Source: an uncultured Oligoflexus sp.
GTDB taxonomy: Bacteria; Bdellovibrionota_B; Oligoflexia; Oligoflexales; Oligoflexaceae
Direction of reading: 5' to 3'
DNA: 46,776 nt
Assembly (NCBI GenBank): GCA_964236955.1
Contig: CAXSGP010000031.1
Location: forward strand, 1-46,776
In this document: positions 8,542 through 17,982 of the stretch, one piece after another
Numbering within the stretch: position 1 is the first letter of the stretch
Layout: each line of letters opens with the position of its first letter
Position numbers and translations under genes: made by a program
The notes under the pieces: model-generated
Told to the model about the DNA's origin: nothing
Seen by the model: only the letters and a program-made list of their open reading frames with translations
Database searches by the model: none

Positions 8542-9669
8542 ATGCCGCGGCTTGCCGTCATTTTTGCATTTTTTCTGCAGCTTTTGTCTGCACCCCTTCA
8601 GGCCTTGGCCGCCGGCTCCGCGATCGAAATCAATCCCGTGCGTATCCTGGTGGATCGCGAGGATCGCATTCATGTGAGCTATCAAAGAGGGTGCCAGTCT
8701 CTTTTTGCGGGCTTTATCCTGCGTACCAATGAGAAGCAAGAACTCTTTCTTGGCGTCGCCAGCGAGCGCCCCAACGCCCGCTGCTCCACCCTCAACGGTC
8801 TGGAAGAACTCATCATTCCAAAGCTGCGCGGCTCCGATTTCGCCGGCATCAGCTCGCTGAATCCGACGACAGAACCCGTCTTTCTCAAACTCTCGCCGCT
8901 ACAAAATTTCAATCAAGTCCAAGACGCCGAAGGATTTCGTTTTGAAGCCGTCTATACCTCGCAGTGTGGGACCGCCCTTGGCCTCAACCTCTTTCCCAAG
9001 GCCAATGGCCTGGAGCTGAGCATAGTCGAAGGCAAGGCGCATAAATTTGAAACCTGCAACCGCTCGACCAAGATCGTTCGCTATCCTCACATCAATCTCA
9101 GCCAAGCCTCGCTCCTGGCCTTGACCAATTTTTCGGAAGACCGATCGGCCCCCCTTTATACTCTGCATCGCAATCAAACCCGGCTTTCTGCCACCGGCGA
9201 TGGCCATAGGGTTTATTTTCTCAGACGCTGTAACGAAGCTCCAATCGGCCTCGTACGCGAAGCTAGTGAGCAAGGTCTATTGATTTCCATGCTGGTCGCC
9301 CGCTACCCCGGACTAAAATGCCCGGATGGAGCCCCCAAGAAAATCTGGACCCCCTGGAACGAAGTGCTTCACGACGAGGATGCCATCGCCTTTAGTGGCG
9401 AAACCCATGCCGAACAGCTCCTGATCAAAAGACCCAGCAGCTATGATCTTCGCGGGGACACGCTGAGCATTGTCACGCCATCATCTTGTCAAAAAGACAT
9501 TGGCCTGGTGTCGCGCACCACAAAAAGTGGCTATGCTGTCGGCATCCTGCATATTCAGACCAGCACTCCGTGCAATTCCGGCTTGAAAGAGGTAACTTAT
9601 AATTTCAAATGGACCTACGATGCGACTGTGAAACGTGATGTCAAACCCCTGCAACTAGTCGGTATCTAG
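8542..9669 (+). CDS. secreted hypothetical protein with four Cys-pair repeats
   Basis: Signal-peptide-like N-terminus (..LQALA/A); eight Cys in four similar segments; AAGGA RBS; 15 bp upstream of alr. Confidence 0.75.
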   Translation: MPRLAVIFAFFLQLLSAPLQALAAGSAIEINPVRILVDREDRIHVSYQRGCQSLFAGFILRTNEKQELFLGVASERPNARCSTLNGLEELIIPKLRGSDFAGISSLNPTTEPVFLKLSPLQNFNQVQDAEGFRFEAVYTSQCGTALGLNLFPKANGLELSIVEGKAHKFETCNRSTKIVRYPHINLSQASLLALTNFSEDRSAPLYTLHRNQTRLSATGDGHRVYFLRRCNEAPIGLVREASEQGLLISMLVARYPGLKCPDGAPKKIWTPWNEVLHDEDAIAFSGETHAEQLLIKRPSSYDLRGDTLSIVTPSSCQKDIGLVSRTTKSGYAVGILHIQTSTPCNSGLKEVTYNFKWTYDATVKRDVKPLQLVGI

Positions 9670-9684
9670 AGAAAAGGAGGGTCT

Positions 9685-10797
9685 GTGCGCTGCCGGATTA
9701 TTCTTGATAGCGAAGCCATTCGTCACAATTATCTGACCTTTAGGCAGCTCACGGCGCCCACAATTGCCATCCCCATTATCAAAGCCAACGCCTACGGCCA
9801 CGGCCTCAAGGAAGTCTATACCGCACTTAAAGCCGTGAATCCTCCATGGCTGGGGGTCAACTCGCTGACCGAAGCTCTCGCGTTACGGACGCTTGGTTTT
9901 GCCGGTCGCATTCTGGTCGTCGGACCTCTGAGTGCAGCACAGGTGGCAAGTGCTGCCGAGCTGGATCTTGATATCTTCCTTTCAGAAGCGCTGATGCTCG
10001 CCGAATGGTTTCGGCTTCCGGTCAAGCCCCGCGCCCACCTCAAGATTGACACCGGCATGGCGCGCCAGGGTTTTCTGCCCGAGGACCTGCCGGCGCTGAT
10101 GGATGGGCTCAAAGCCAACCGTGAGCGCCTGGTCGGCCTCTGCAGCCACTTTTCCAACGTCGAGGACGTGCTGGACCAAGCCTATGCTCTGCTGCAGCTG
10201 GCGACCTTTGAAAAGGTGCTCAAGCAATTTCAGGACGAAGGCTTTACGCTGCTGCCCCACATCGCCGCCAGCTCTTCCGCCCTCATCATGCCGAAGGCGC
10301 GCTTTGCTCTCGCCCGCATTGGCATCTCCCTCTATGGGCTTTGGCCCTCCCGCACCACTCAGCTTTCGTTTCTGCAGAGCCAGGGCGAGCGCATCGAACT
10401 CCGGCCGGTGCTGCGCTGGCTGACGGAGGTGGCCATCGTCAAGCGGGTCAACGCCGGCCAGTACATTGGCTATGGCTGCACCTATAAGGCGCTGCGGAGC
10501 ATGACGATTGCGGTGCTGCCGGTCGGCTATTACGAAGGCTACCCACGGCTTGCAGGCAATCGCGGCCATGTTTTGATCGCCGGCGAACAATGCCCGATCG
10601 TCGGTAGAATTTGCATGAACATGATGATGGTCGACAGCACGCACCTGCCTAACGTGACAGTCGGAATGCCGGTCACCCTGATCGGCCGCGATGGCAACGA
10701 ACATATCGATGCCAGCACGATAGGGGAATGGGCCGAGACGATTCACTATGAAATCGTCACGCAATTAAATCCCGCTATTCCCAAGGAATTGAGTTAA
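9685..10797 (+). CDS. alr: alanine racemase
   Basis: IIKANAYGHG (PLP Lys), HLKIDTGMARQG, SHF, RIGISLYG, IGYG, GYYEG, VGRICMN; GGAGG RBS before GTG. Confidence 0.97.
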   Translation: MRCRIILDSEAIRHNYLTFRQLTAPTIAIPIIKANAYGHGLKEVYTALKAVNPPWLGVNSLTEALALRTLGFAGRILVVGPLSAAQVASAAELDLDIFLSEALMLAEWFRLPVKPRAHLKIDTGMARQGFLPEDLPALMDGLKANRERLVGLCSHFSNVEDVLDQAYALLQLATFEKVLKQFQDEGFTLLPHIAASSSALIMPKARFALARIGISLYGLWPSRTTQLSFLQSQGERIELRPVLRWLTEVAIVKRVNAGQYIGYGCTYKALRSMTIAVLPVGYYEGYPRLAGNRGHVLIAGEQCPIVGRICMNMMMVDSTHLPNVTVGMPVTLIGRDGNEHIDASTIGEWAETIHYEIVTQLNPAIPKELS

Positions 10798-10799
10798 GA

Positions 10800-11195
10800 A
10801 TGCGTCTATGCCAGCTCGAGTTTTACAGCCAGGACGTCGAGGCCAGCCTTAAATTTGCAGGTGAGGTGCTCGGCTGGAAGCGGGTGCCGGTGGCGATAGA
10901 GGATCAGGCGGTGATCGCCGTCGATGACGCCAGCCCCTACGGAATCAGCATACGCAAAAGCCCGAAAGGCCCAGCTGGGCAGCTCGATTTGATTGCTTAT
11001 TTTGAGGTGAGTATACCCCTGCAGGTCTTACGCGAGACCTGCCTGGCGCTGGGCGGCACCATCCTTCAGGAGCCGATCCCATGCCCCGGCTATGGTCTGG
11101 TCATGATCGTTGGGGACTGCGGCGGACTTCGTTACGGCCTTTATGAGGCACGTTTTGAAGCACCACGGCCTAAGGTCAGACCCTCTCAGGCGTAA
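10800..11195 (+). CDS. VOC (glyoxalase/bleomycin resistance) family protein
   Basis: LEFYSQDVEASLKFAGEVLGW...YFEV...LGGTILQEP...PGYG...GLYE pattern. Confidence 0.75.
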   Translation: MRLCQLEFYSQDVEASLKFAGEVLGWKRVPVAIEDQAVIAVDDASPYGISIRKSPKGPAGQLDLIAYFEVSIPLQVLRETCLALGGTILQEPIPCPGYGLVMIVGDCGGLRYGLYEARFEAPRPKVRPSQA

Positions 11196-11929
11196 ACCAA
11201 ACGCCCGTCGGCACCGACCGAAACCTGCTCGGTCACCCGACCGCCTTGAAACTGTGATGGATTGGGAACCGTCCATTCGCGTTCCATAAACAGCTGCGCC
11301 ACCGCTCCCCTAAGCCGGCGGTTTTCCGCAGTATCATCGGCGAGAAAGTGAACCAGAGTATCCTTCACCTCCTCGGTTTTTTGCGCGATGAGCACTTCGG
11401 TCGCCGCATAGCGCACGCGCTCATCAAGATCGACCAAAAAGTGAGCGATCTGCGGAATCAGATCATGAATCTGATAGTCGCGCAGGTAGCAGAGGATATC
11501 GTAGTTTTTATCGACGTCCTGCTGACTGAATTGAACCTCGCCGTAATTCAAAGCTGCCTTAAGACAATCGACCACAACCTGATCCTGACCCAGCTCATAA
11601 AGAACCTTGATCGGCCAGGCGATGCGGCTGGTCTTTGTTAACCAATCTTTAACAAAGGGAATGGCTTTTTCGCCATAACGAACAATCCCCTGCATAGCCA
11701 ATTCTTTTTCACGGGTATCGTTGATGCCGTGCTCCAGACTGTACTCAAAACGGGGCAAGAGGGCGGGGACCGCATCATCGGCACTATCGAGACCCTTGGC
11801 AAGAAATTCCAATGCGGCCCATCGATCGTCGCGAATGGCCTTGGCATTGGTAATTAGCTTTGCTGCGCGTTCGATACGCTTGCTCTTACGACCATCAAAG
11901 TATTCTTTTACACTTCCAAACATACCCAT
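11186..11929 (-). CDS. HEAT-repeat protein
   Basis: Helical repeats (DDRWAALEFL, AVPALL, DERVRYAATEVL, RRLRGAVAQLF). Confidence 0.75.
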   Translation of the reverse strand: MGMFGSVKEYFDGRKSKRIERAAKLITNAKAIRDDRWAALEFLAKGLDSADDAVPALLPRFEYSLEHGINDTREKELAMQGIVRYGEKAIPFVKDWLTKTSRIAWPIKVLYELGQDQVVVDCLKAALNYGEVQFSQQDVDKNYDILCYLRDYQIHDLIPQIAHFLVDLDERVRYAATEVLIAQKTEEVKDTLVHFLADDTAENRRLRGAVAQLFMEREWTVPNPSQFQGGRVTEQVSVGADGRLVYA

Positions 11930-11958
11930 ACGTCCTGACTAATGGTTACGATACCGGA

Positions 11959-12384
11959 TCAATCGAGTATCGGAAAGACATCTATAACAAGTTCTTCGCC
12001 AAATTTATCCTGCAAATCGCGCTTGACACCATTCATCAGAGTCAGTCGAGACGAGGGGCAACCTTCGCAGCCACCGCCGAGACGGATCGTGGCGATCGAA
12101 TCCTCATAAGCCTCCAAGCGGGCAAAACCCGAATGCAAAGCCAGCATCTGGGACACGGGTCCTTCTAGGTGGGCGGCAATTTCAAAGCCGGTCCCTTCAA
12201 AACGCGGCGAGGTGAGGGGCTCGCCAAAGGCGCCGGCTTCATCCATACCCAGCAGCAAACGCATAGCCTCTTCGGCCTCGTTCCGACTCAAGCCATGGGT
12301 GACTCGGCCGGAAGGTTCATGCAGGGCCTGCCAGCTGCCATCCAATTTTTCTTTTAAACTTACCGCTTGCAGCATCTCTGACAT
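11959..12384 (-). CDS. NifU/NfuA C-terminal (CxxC) domain protein with HicB-like N-terminal domain
   Basis: LALHSG...IRLGGGCEGCPSSRLTLMNGVKRDL is a NifU_C signature; ATG 12384 follows GAGGTA (ORF track starts at 12423). Confidence 0.8.
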   Translation of the reverse strand: MSEMLQAVSLKEKLDGSWQALHEPSGRVTHGLSRNEAEEAMRLLLGMDEAGAFGEPLTSPRFEGTGFEIAAHLEGPVSQMLALHSGFARLEAYEDSIATIRLGGGCEGCPSSRLTLMNGVKRDLQDKFGEELVIDVFPILD

Positions 12385-12555
12385 AATATACCTCGTCGTC
12401 AAGCGACTCAAAATTAATTCCATGCCGTTTTATCTAGCCCAGTTATTCCCGGGGAGCAAGCTGACTGTTCGCTCTTAAGATAGGATCGAGGCGACCCTCG
12501 TCAACTGACAGGATAAAACATATAACGATAAAGGATTTGTTTTTTGAGGGCAAGT

Positions 12556-13584
12556 ATGCACAGCCAAAAAGATATGATTGCTGCCATTGTACTCGCGGCC
12601 GGAAAAGGCACGCGCATGAAAAGTGAAGTTCCCAAGGTTCTTCACCCCTTATGTGGCCTGCCTATGGTTGGCCATGTGATTCAGAGCCTGGAAGCTGCTG
12701 GGATTAGCGAAAAATGCATCGTGCTTGGCGGGGATGTTGAAGGTTTAAAAAAAGCCCTGTCGAACTATGGCCCGCTGACCTTTGCCCTGCAGCGCGACCG
12801 TCTTGGCACCGGTGAAGCCGTAGCCTGCGCAGGTTTTGCATTGGACGAAGTCGTCCCGCCATCGTTTGCCAGTGGCTCGTTATTGTCAGGCCCGCGCCTC
12901 AAGGGACCATATGTCCTCATCTGCGCCGGCGACACACCGGCCATGGATAGCGCCATCATTGCAGCCTTTGTGGCCAGCTGCCTCAGCCAAAAATCCAAGC
13001 TGGCCGTGCTCGGCATGCGGCATCCCGAACCCAAAGGTTATGGACGTCTGCTTACCAATGAACAAAACCAAGTCCTCAGGATTTTGGAGGAAAAGGATGC
13101 CTCCGAGTCCGAACGGCAGATCCAGCTCTGCAACTCGGGGGTTATCTTTGCCGACAAGCAGCACCTTTTTGCGCTCTTAGGTGCCCTCACCCGGGCGAAT
13201 GCTCAAAAAGAATATTATCTTACCGATTGTTTTGCCTTGTCCCTCGAAAGGGGGTTACCTGCCCAGGTATGGGCGACCGATGATTATGCTTCATTTGATG
13301 GCGTGAATGATCGCATTCAGCTGTCGCGCCTCGAAGAAAGGCTGCTCGATCGACTCCGCAGGCGACACATGGCGGAAGGCGTAAGTTTTCAAATGGCTTC
13401 GTCGGTATATCTTGAAGTTTCGGTTAAAATTGGCGCCGATACCACGGTTGGTGCCCATACAAGTTTAAGTGGTCAGACCCAAATTGGCCGCAACTGTGAG
13501 ATTGGTAGCCATGTCGCCTTGAAAGATGTAATTATTCCTGATGGCAGTCAAGTTCCCGCTGGAACCATTCGCAAAGGGGATTGA
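12556..13584 (+). CDS. glmU: GlmU-like N-acetylglucosamine-1-phosphate uridyltransferase, C-terminally short
   Basis: LAAGKGTRMKSEVPKVLHP, LGTG, GD, GYGR, EEKDA, NSG, NAQKEYYLTD, GVNDR; only a few hexapeptide coils follow; upstream of glmS. Confidence 0.85.
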   Translation: MHSQKDMIAAIVLAAGKGTRMKSEVPKVLHPLCGLPMVGHVIQSLEAAGISEKCIVLGGDVEGLKKALSNYGPLTFALQRDRLGTGEAVACAGFALDEVVPPSFASGSLLSGPRLKGPYVLICAGDTPAMDSAIIAAFVASCLSQKSKLAVLGMRHPEPKGYGRLLTNEQNQVLRILEEKDASESERQIQLCNSGVIFADKQHLFALLGALTRANAQKEYYLTDCFALSLERGLPAQVWATDDYASFDGVNDRIQLSRLEERLLDRLRRRHMAEGVSFQMASSVYLEVSVKIGADTTVGAHTSLSGQTQIGRNCEIGSHVALKDVIIPDGSQVPAGTIRKGD

Positions 13585-13816
13585 GTCCGCAGCCCAAGGC
13601 ACCTGAGACGAACTTCACCCACTCAGCCTGGACTCACGCAAACGCCTCTCCGGCAAGCCTTTAACTATTATGGGAACTTGTTTCAAACCAGGGACTCACA
13701 CGGACTCGGAAGGGACATCAGGGGGGATGGGGAGATGCTCAAGGCGTCCGCTCATAACAACAGTCAATTGCAGCTCAAGGTCGATCTTGATCAAGCCATG
13801 GAAAGGGTAGCGTAGA

Positions 13817-15649
13817 ATGTGTGGAATAGTCGGCTATGTCGGGCATCGTCCCTGTATCAATATCATCTTTGATGGCCTGAAAAAACTTGAGTATCGCGGC
13901 TATGATTCTGCGGGAATCGCCGTTCTCAACCAAGGCGAAATCACCATGAGCAAGGAAGCCGGCAAGATTGAAAATCTAAGACCGTCGATCGCCAAACTTC
14001 CGCAGGAATCCAAACTGGGCATTGGCCACACCCGCTGGGCAACGCATGGCCTGCCTACCCGTGAAAATGCCCATCCGCATGCCGCCGAACGCCTGGCATT
14101 GATTCACAACGGTATCATTGAAAACTACAAAGAACTCAAGCAGGAACTGCTCAAAAAAGACATTTGCTTTCGTTCCGACACCGATACCGAAGTGATCGCG
14201 CACTTGGTATCGGAAGAGCTGAAGGCAACACTCAGGCCTATTGCTGCCCTCCAAAACGTAATCAAACGTCTCGAAGGCGCCTTTTCCCTGGCGTTTATCG
14301 TCGATTCCGTGCCTGATGAAATCTATGTCGCCAAACAGGGATCACCCCTTGTGGTCGGTCTCGGTCAGGGCGAAACTTTTTTCGGCAGCGACATCACAGC
14401 CTTTGTGCATGTCACGCAAAAAGCTGTCTTTCTTCAGGATGGTGACCTCGCCCTTATCAAAGCCGATGGTATCAAGCTCTGGGATAAAACGGGCAAGGAG
14501 ATTACCGCCAAGATCACTCACGTTCAGTGGTCGCCCGGCAGCGCCGACAAGCAGGGTTTTCGTCACTATATGCTCAAAGAGATTCACGAACAACCGCGCG
14601 TCGTTGCCGCGACGACTCAGGCCTTTGTCAAAGGTGTGACGCTTGATCAGGAAGCGCTCGGCCTCGATAAAATTGATTTCAAAAAGGTCAAGGCTTTGCA
14701 TATCGTCGCCTGCGGCACCGCCTACTACGCGGGCATGGCAGCAAAATATTTCCTTGAGCCTTTGCTTGGCATTTCCGTCAATGTGGAACTGGCGAGCGAA
14801 TTCCGTTATCGTAGCCCCTTTTTCTTTAAAGACGGTCAGACCATGGTCATGGCCATATCTCAATCGGGTGAGACGGCCGACACCCTGGCTTCGATCAAAC
14901 ATGCCAAACACAATGGCTGTCAAATCTTCAGCATCTGCAACGTTGCCTATTCCAGCATTCATCGTGAAAGTGATGCCTCGGTCCTCATGCATGCCGGTCC
15001 CGAGATCGGTGTAGCCTCGACCAAGGCCTTTACCTCGCAGGTGCTTTGCACCTATCTCTGGGCACTCGCTGCAGCTCAAAAGCTGGGCCGACTGACCGAC
15101 GATGAGCTAAGCTCCATCATTCATGATCTTAAAACATTGCCGCTTTATCTCGACCAGGCACTCAATACGGAAGAGTCCATCGTCGACCTGGCTAGCAAAC
15201 TCTACGCATACCCGAACTTCCTCTTCATCGGTCGCGGGATGAGCGCCGTGATTGCCCTGGAGGGAGCCTTAAAGCTAAAAGAAATCTCTTACATTCATGC
15301 CGAAGGCTATGCAGCAGGAGAACTTAAACATGGACCGATCGCGCTGGTCGATAGACTCATCCCCATCGTCGCGGTCTTGCCCCATGACCATTACTATGAA
15401 AAAACCCTGTCCAATGTCGAAGAGATCTGCGCCCGTGAGGGACAGGTCTATGCGATTGGCGACGATAAAGACCAACGACTTAAAGATATCTGTGTGCAGG
15501 TGATTCCCTGCCCGCAGATGAAAAACCCCGTCTTTCAAGCCATACTTTCCACGGTGGGAGTGCAATTTCTTGCCTACCATATCGCTGTGAAGCGTGGCAC
15601 GGACGTGGATCAACCGCGCAACCTCGCCAAGTCAGTGACTGTCGAGTAG
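13817..15649 (+). CDS. glmS: glutamine--fructose-6-phosphate transaminase (isomerizing)
   Basis: MCGIVG, EYRGYDSAG, GHTRWATHG, SQSGETADT, GELKHGP, PRNLAKSVTVE. Confidence 0.99.
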   Translation: MCGIVGYVGHRPCINIIFDGLKKLEYRGYDSAGIAVLNQGEITMSKEAGKIENLRPSIAKLPQESKLGIGHTRWATHGLPTRENAHPHAAERLALIHNGIIENYKELKQELLKKDICFRSDTDTEVIAHLVSEELKATLRPIAALQNVIKRLEGAFSLAFIVDSVPDEIYVAKQGSPLVVGLGQGETFFGSDITAFVHVTQKAVFLQDGDLALIKADGIKLWDKTGKEITAKITHVQWSPGSADKQGFRHYMLKEIHEQPRVVAATTQAFVKGVTLDQEALGLDKIDFKKVKALHIVACGTAYYAGMAAKYFLEPLLGISVNVELASEFRYRSPFFFKDGQTMVMAISQSGETADTLASIKHAKHNGCQIFSICNVAYSSIHRESDASVLMHAGPEIGVASTKAFTSQVLCTYLWALAAAQKLGRLTDDELSSIIHDLKTLPLYLDQALNTEESIVDLASKLYAYPNFLFIGRGMSAVIALEGALKLKEISYIHAEGYAAGELKHGPIALVDRLIPIVAVLPHDHYYEKTLSNVEEICAREGQVYAIGDDKDQRLKDICVQVIPCPQMKNPVFQAILSTVGVQFLAYHIAVKRGTDVDQPRNLAKSVTVE

Positions 15650-15667
15650 CGTTAGAGGATAGGCCCC

Positions 15668-17827
15668 TTGACTGAGCTATTACAAAATCTAAATGATGTT
15701 CAACGTCAGGCCGTTTTGCATAAAAACGGCCCCCTCGTCGTGTTTGCAGGCGCCGGTAGCGGCAAGACCCGTATTATCACCACCCGCATCGCCCATCTGA
15801 TCGAAACGGGGGTGCTGCCCTGGGAAATACTCGCCGTCACCTTTACCAACAAAGCGGCCGAAGAGATGCGGCACCGCTCGCTGGCCCTGGCACCCGAAAC
15901 CAAGCGCTCGACGATCACCACCTTTCACTCGGCTAGTGCACGCTGGCTGCGAGAATTTGCCGGTGAGCTTGGCTATGAACCAAACTTTTCCATCTATGAT
16001 GATCAGGACGTGACGCGCGCACTCAAGCACATCCTTAAGCAGGTCATCGCCAAGGGCGACATCCCGCAATTGGTCGGCGAGATGAAGAATTTTCTTCACT
16101 TCGTGAAAACGGCGGGCGTCTTCATCCATGAGATCGAGGAGTTTGCAACACAAAACCCTCTGCGCGTCCCCACCGCCGGTGTGCAGGTCTATCGCCTTTA
16201 CCAGGAATTTCTAGCGCAAGCGAATGCGATGGATTTCAACGATCTCCTTTTGAATGTGCTCTTGCTCCTCCGACGCAATGAAAGAGTGCGTTCGATACTC
16301 AGCAATCGTTATCAATACATCATGGTCGACGAATTTCAAGACACCAACCGCACCCAGTTTGAGATCATCCAGCACCTCAGCGACCGTCATCGCAATCTCA
16401 TGGTCGTCGGTGATGACGACCAATCCATCTATAGCTGGCGTGGCGCAACGCCTTCCAACATCATCGACTTTGATCGCACCTATCCCGATGCGACCCGCAT
16501 CGCCTTGGAAGAAAATTATCGCTGCACAGGCAATATCGTGGCTGCCGCCAGTAAGCTCGTTGCCAACAATAAAAAGCGCGCTGCCAAAACCCTGTTCACC
16601 AATGCCCCGGCTGGCGACGCCATCGAAGTCCATCTGGAAGTGGATGGGGAGATGGAGGCCTATTGGATTGCCGAAGAGATCTATGCAGCCAGGCAAAAGT
16701 ACGATTACGAAGAGGTTGCCATTTTCTATCGTACCAACAGCCAGTCGCGGTCGCTCGAAGAGGCCCTGTTGCGCCGACGCATTCCCTATACCATTTATGG
16801 ATCGCTCGAGTTTTATGAGCGCCTGGAAATCAAAGATCTACTTGCCTATCTGCGTTTGATCGCCAATCCTTCAGACGATGTCTCCTTCCTAAGAATCTAT
16901 AACGTCCCCACCCGGGGCCTTGGTGATAAGGCACTGGAAACTTTGCAAAAGTATGCGAGCGGGCAAGGCGTTTCCCTTTGGAGGGCTTCCGAGCTGACCC
17001 TTGCCGATCCCAGGCAAAAGGCTTCGCCCAAACTTCGTTATCTCGTCGATCTTTTGCAGGCCCTGCGCCATGAAATCTTGGCAAGTCCCCTTAATGAGGC
17101 CGTTAAGACTCTCCTGGAAGCGACGGAATATCCGGAGTATTTGCAAAAGAAATATCCCGACCAGTATGCGGACAAGATGGATAACATTCAGGAATTGGCG
17201 GCGGGTATCATGGAATTTGAAAATAAAAACCCCGCTACCACGCTTGCAAATTGGATAGAAACCGTTTCTCTGGTGCGCGAGGATGCCAAGGGTAAGGTTT
17301 CGAAGGGCGTTTCGATGATGACGCTGCATATGGCAAAAGGTCTGGAATTTCCACGGGTCTTTATTGCTGGGGTGGAGGACGGACTCCTGCCGCATCGCAA
17401 CAGCATCGACGATCCGGCGTCGATCGAAGAGGAGCGTCGGCTGCTCTATGTCGGCATCACCCGCGCGAAGTCCAAGGTCTCGCTTACGCTGGCCAAACGC
17501 CGTCGCAACTTTAATAATGAGATGGCCCACCCGCCCTCGCGTTTTCTTCTGGAGATCCCCTCGGAGCTAATGCAGCTGAGTATGAAAGCTCAAGAGGCCT
17601 TGCGACCGGACGAGGCTCCCGTGAAGCTTAGCTATGTTTACGACGAAGGTTCCTATGAAGGGGATATCGAGGAGGGCTCCAGTGTTTTTCATCCCACCTA
17701 TGGACGGGGGACTGTGCAGGGCTTTGATGTCCATTTGGGAGCCCGCAAGGCGGTCGTCAATTTCCGGGATTTTGGCTACCGGAAGATTCGCCCAAGCCAG
17801 CTCCAAGTTCGTGGATCTGCTGACTAA
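15668..17827 (+). CDS. uvrD: ATP-dependent DNA helicase UvrD/PcrA family
   Basis: AGAGSGKT, TFTNKAA, DEFQDTN, VGDDDQSIYSWRGA, AKGLEF, EERRLLYVGITRA, C-terminal HPTYGRG Tudor-like tail. Confidence 0.95.
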   Translation: MTELLQNLNDVQRQAVLHKNGPLVVFAGAGSGKTRIITTRIAHLIETGVLPWEILAVTFTNKAAEEMRHRSLALAPETKRSTITTFHSASARWLREFAGELGYEPNFSIYDDQDVTRALKHILKQVIAKGDIPQLVGEMKNFLHFVKTAGVFIHEIEEFATQNPLRVPTAGVQVYRLYQEFLAQANAMDFNDLLLNVLLLLRRNERVRSILSNRYQYIMVDEFQDTNRTQFEIIQHLSDRHRNLMVVGDDDQSIYSWRGATPSNIIDFDRTYPDATRIALEENYRCTGNIVAAASKLVANNKKRAAKTLFTNAPAGDAIEVHLEVDGEMEAYWIAEEIYAARQKYDYEEVAIFYRTNSQSRSLEEALLRRRIPYTIYGSLEFYERLEIKDLLAYLRLIANPSDDVSFLRIYNVPTRGLGDKALETLQKYASGQGVSLWRASELTLADPRQKASPKLRYLVDLLQALRHEILASPLNEAVKTLLEATEYPEYLQKKYPDQYADKMDNIQELAAGIMEFENKNPATTLANWIETVSLVREDAKGKVSKGVSMMTLHMAKGLEFPRVFIAGVEDGLLPHRNSIDDPASIEEERRLLYVGITRAKSKVSLTLAKRRRNFNNEMAHPPSRFLLEIPSELMQLSMKAQEALRPDEAPVKLSYVYDEGSYEGDIEEGSSVFHPTYGRGTVQGFDVHLGARKAVVNFRDFGYRKIRPSQLQVRGSAD

Positions 17828-17944
17828 TTGATAAAATCCACGCCTTTTTCCTTTCCTATCCGATAGCTTTAGGGAGTCTCAGCAAGGGGAGTCCTTGGGC
17901 AATCCGGGCAAAATTTTGCGCTCGTTACACCCTCCGGGAAGCTA

Positions 17945-17953
17945 TGCTAGAAT
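17945..17953 (+). promoter_or_regulatory. possible extended -10 promoter for the ftsB-like gene
   Basis: TGcTAGAAT about 30 nt upstream of ATG 17983; motif match only. Confidence 0.3.
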
Positions 17954-17982
17954 AGACAAAACTAATCTATCATGAGGCCCCT

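Noticed and set aside
13625..13640. AGCCTGGACT resembling the glmS ribozyme cleavage-site strand (AGCGCCxGxACT)
   Set aside because: The AGCGCC core is incomplete and the downstream GACGAGG and ATCGA/CGGCGG core elements are absent
17830..17870. Sigma28-like CCGATAG after uvrD (also near 41108)
   Set aside because: No TAAA -35 element at the required spacing
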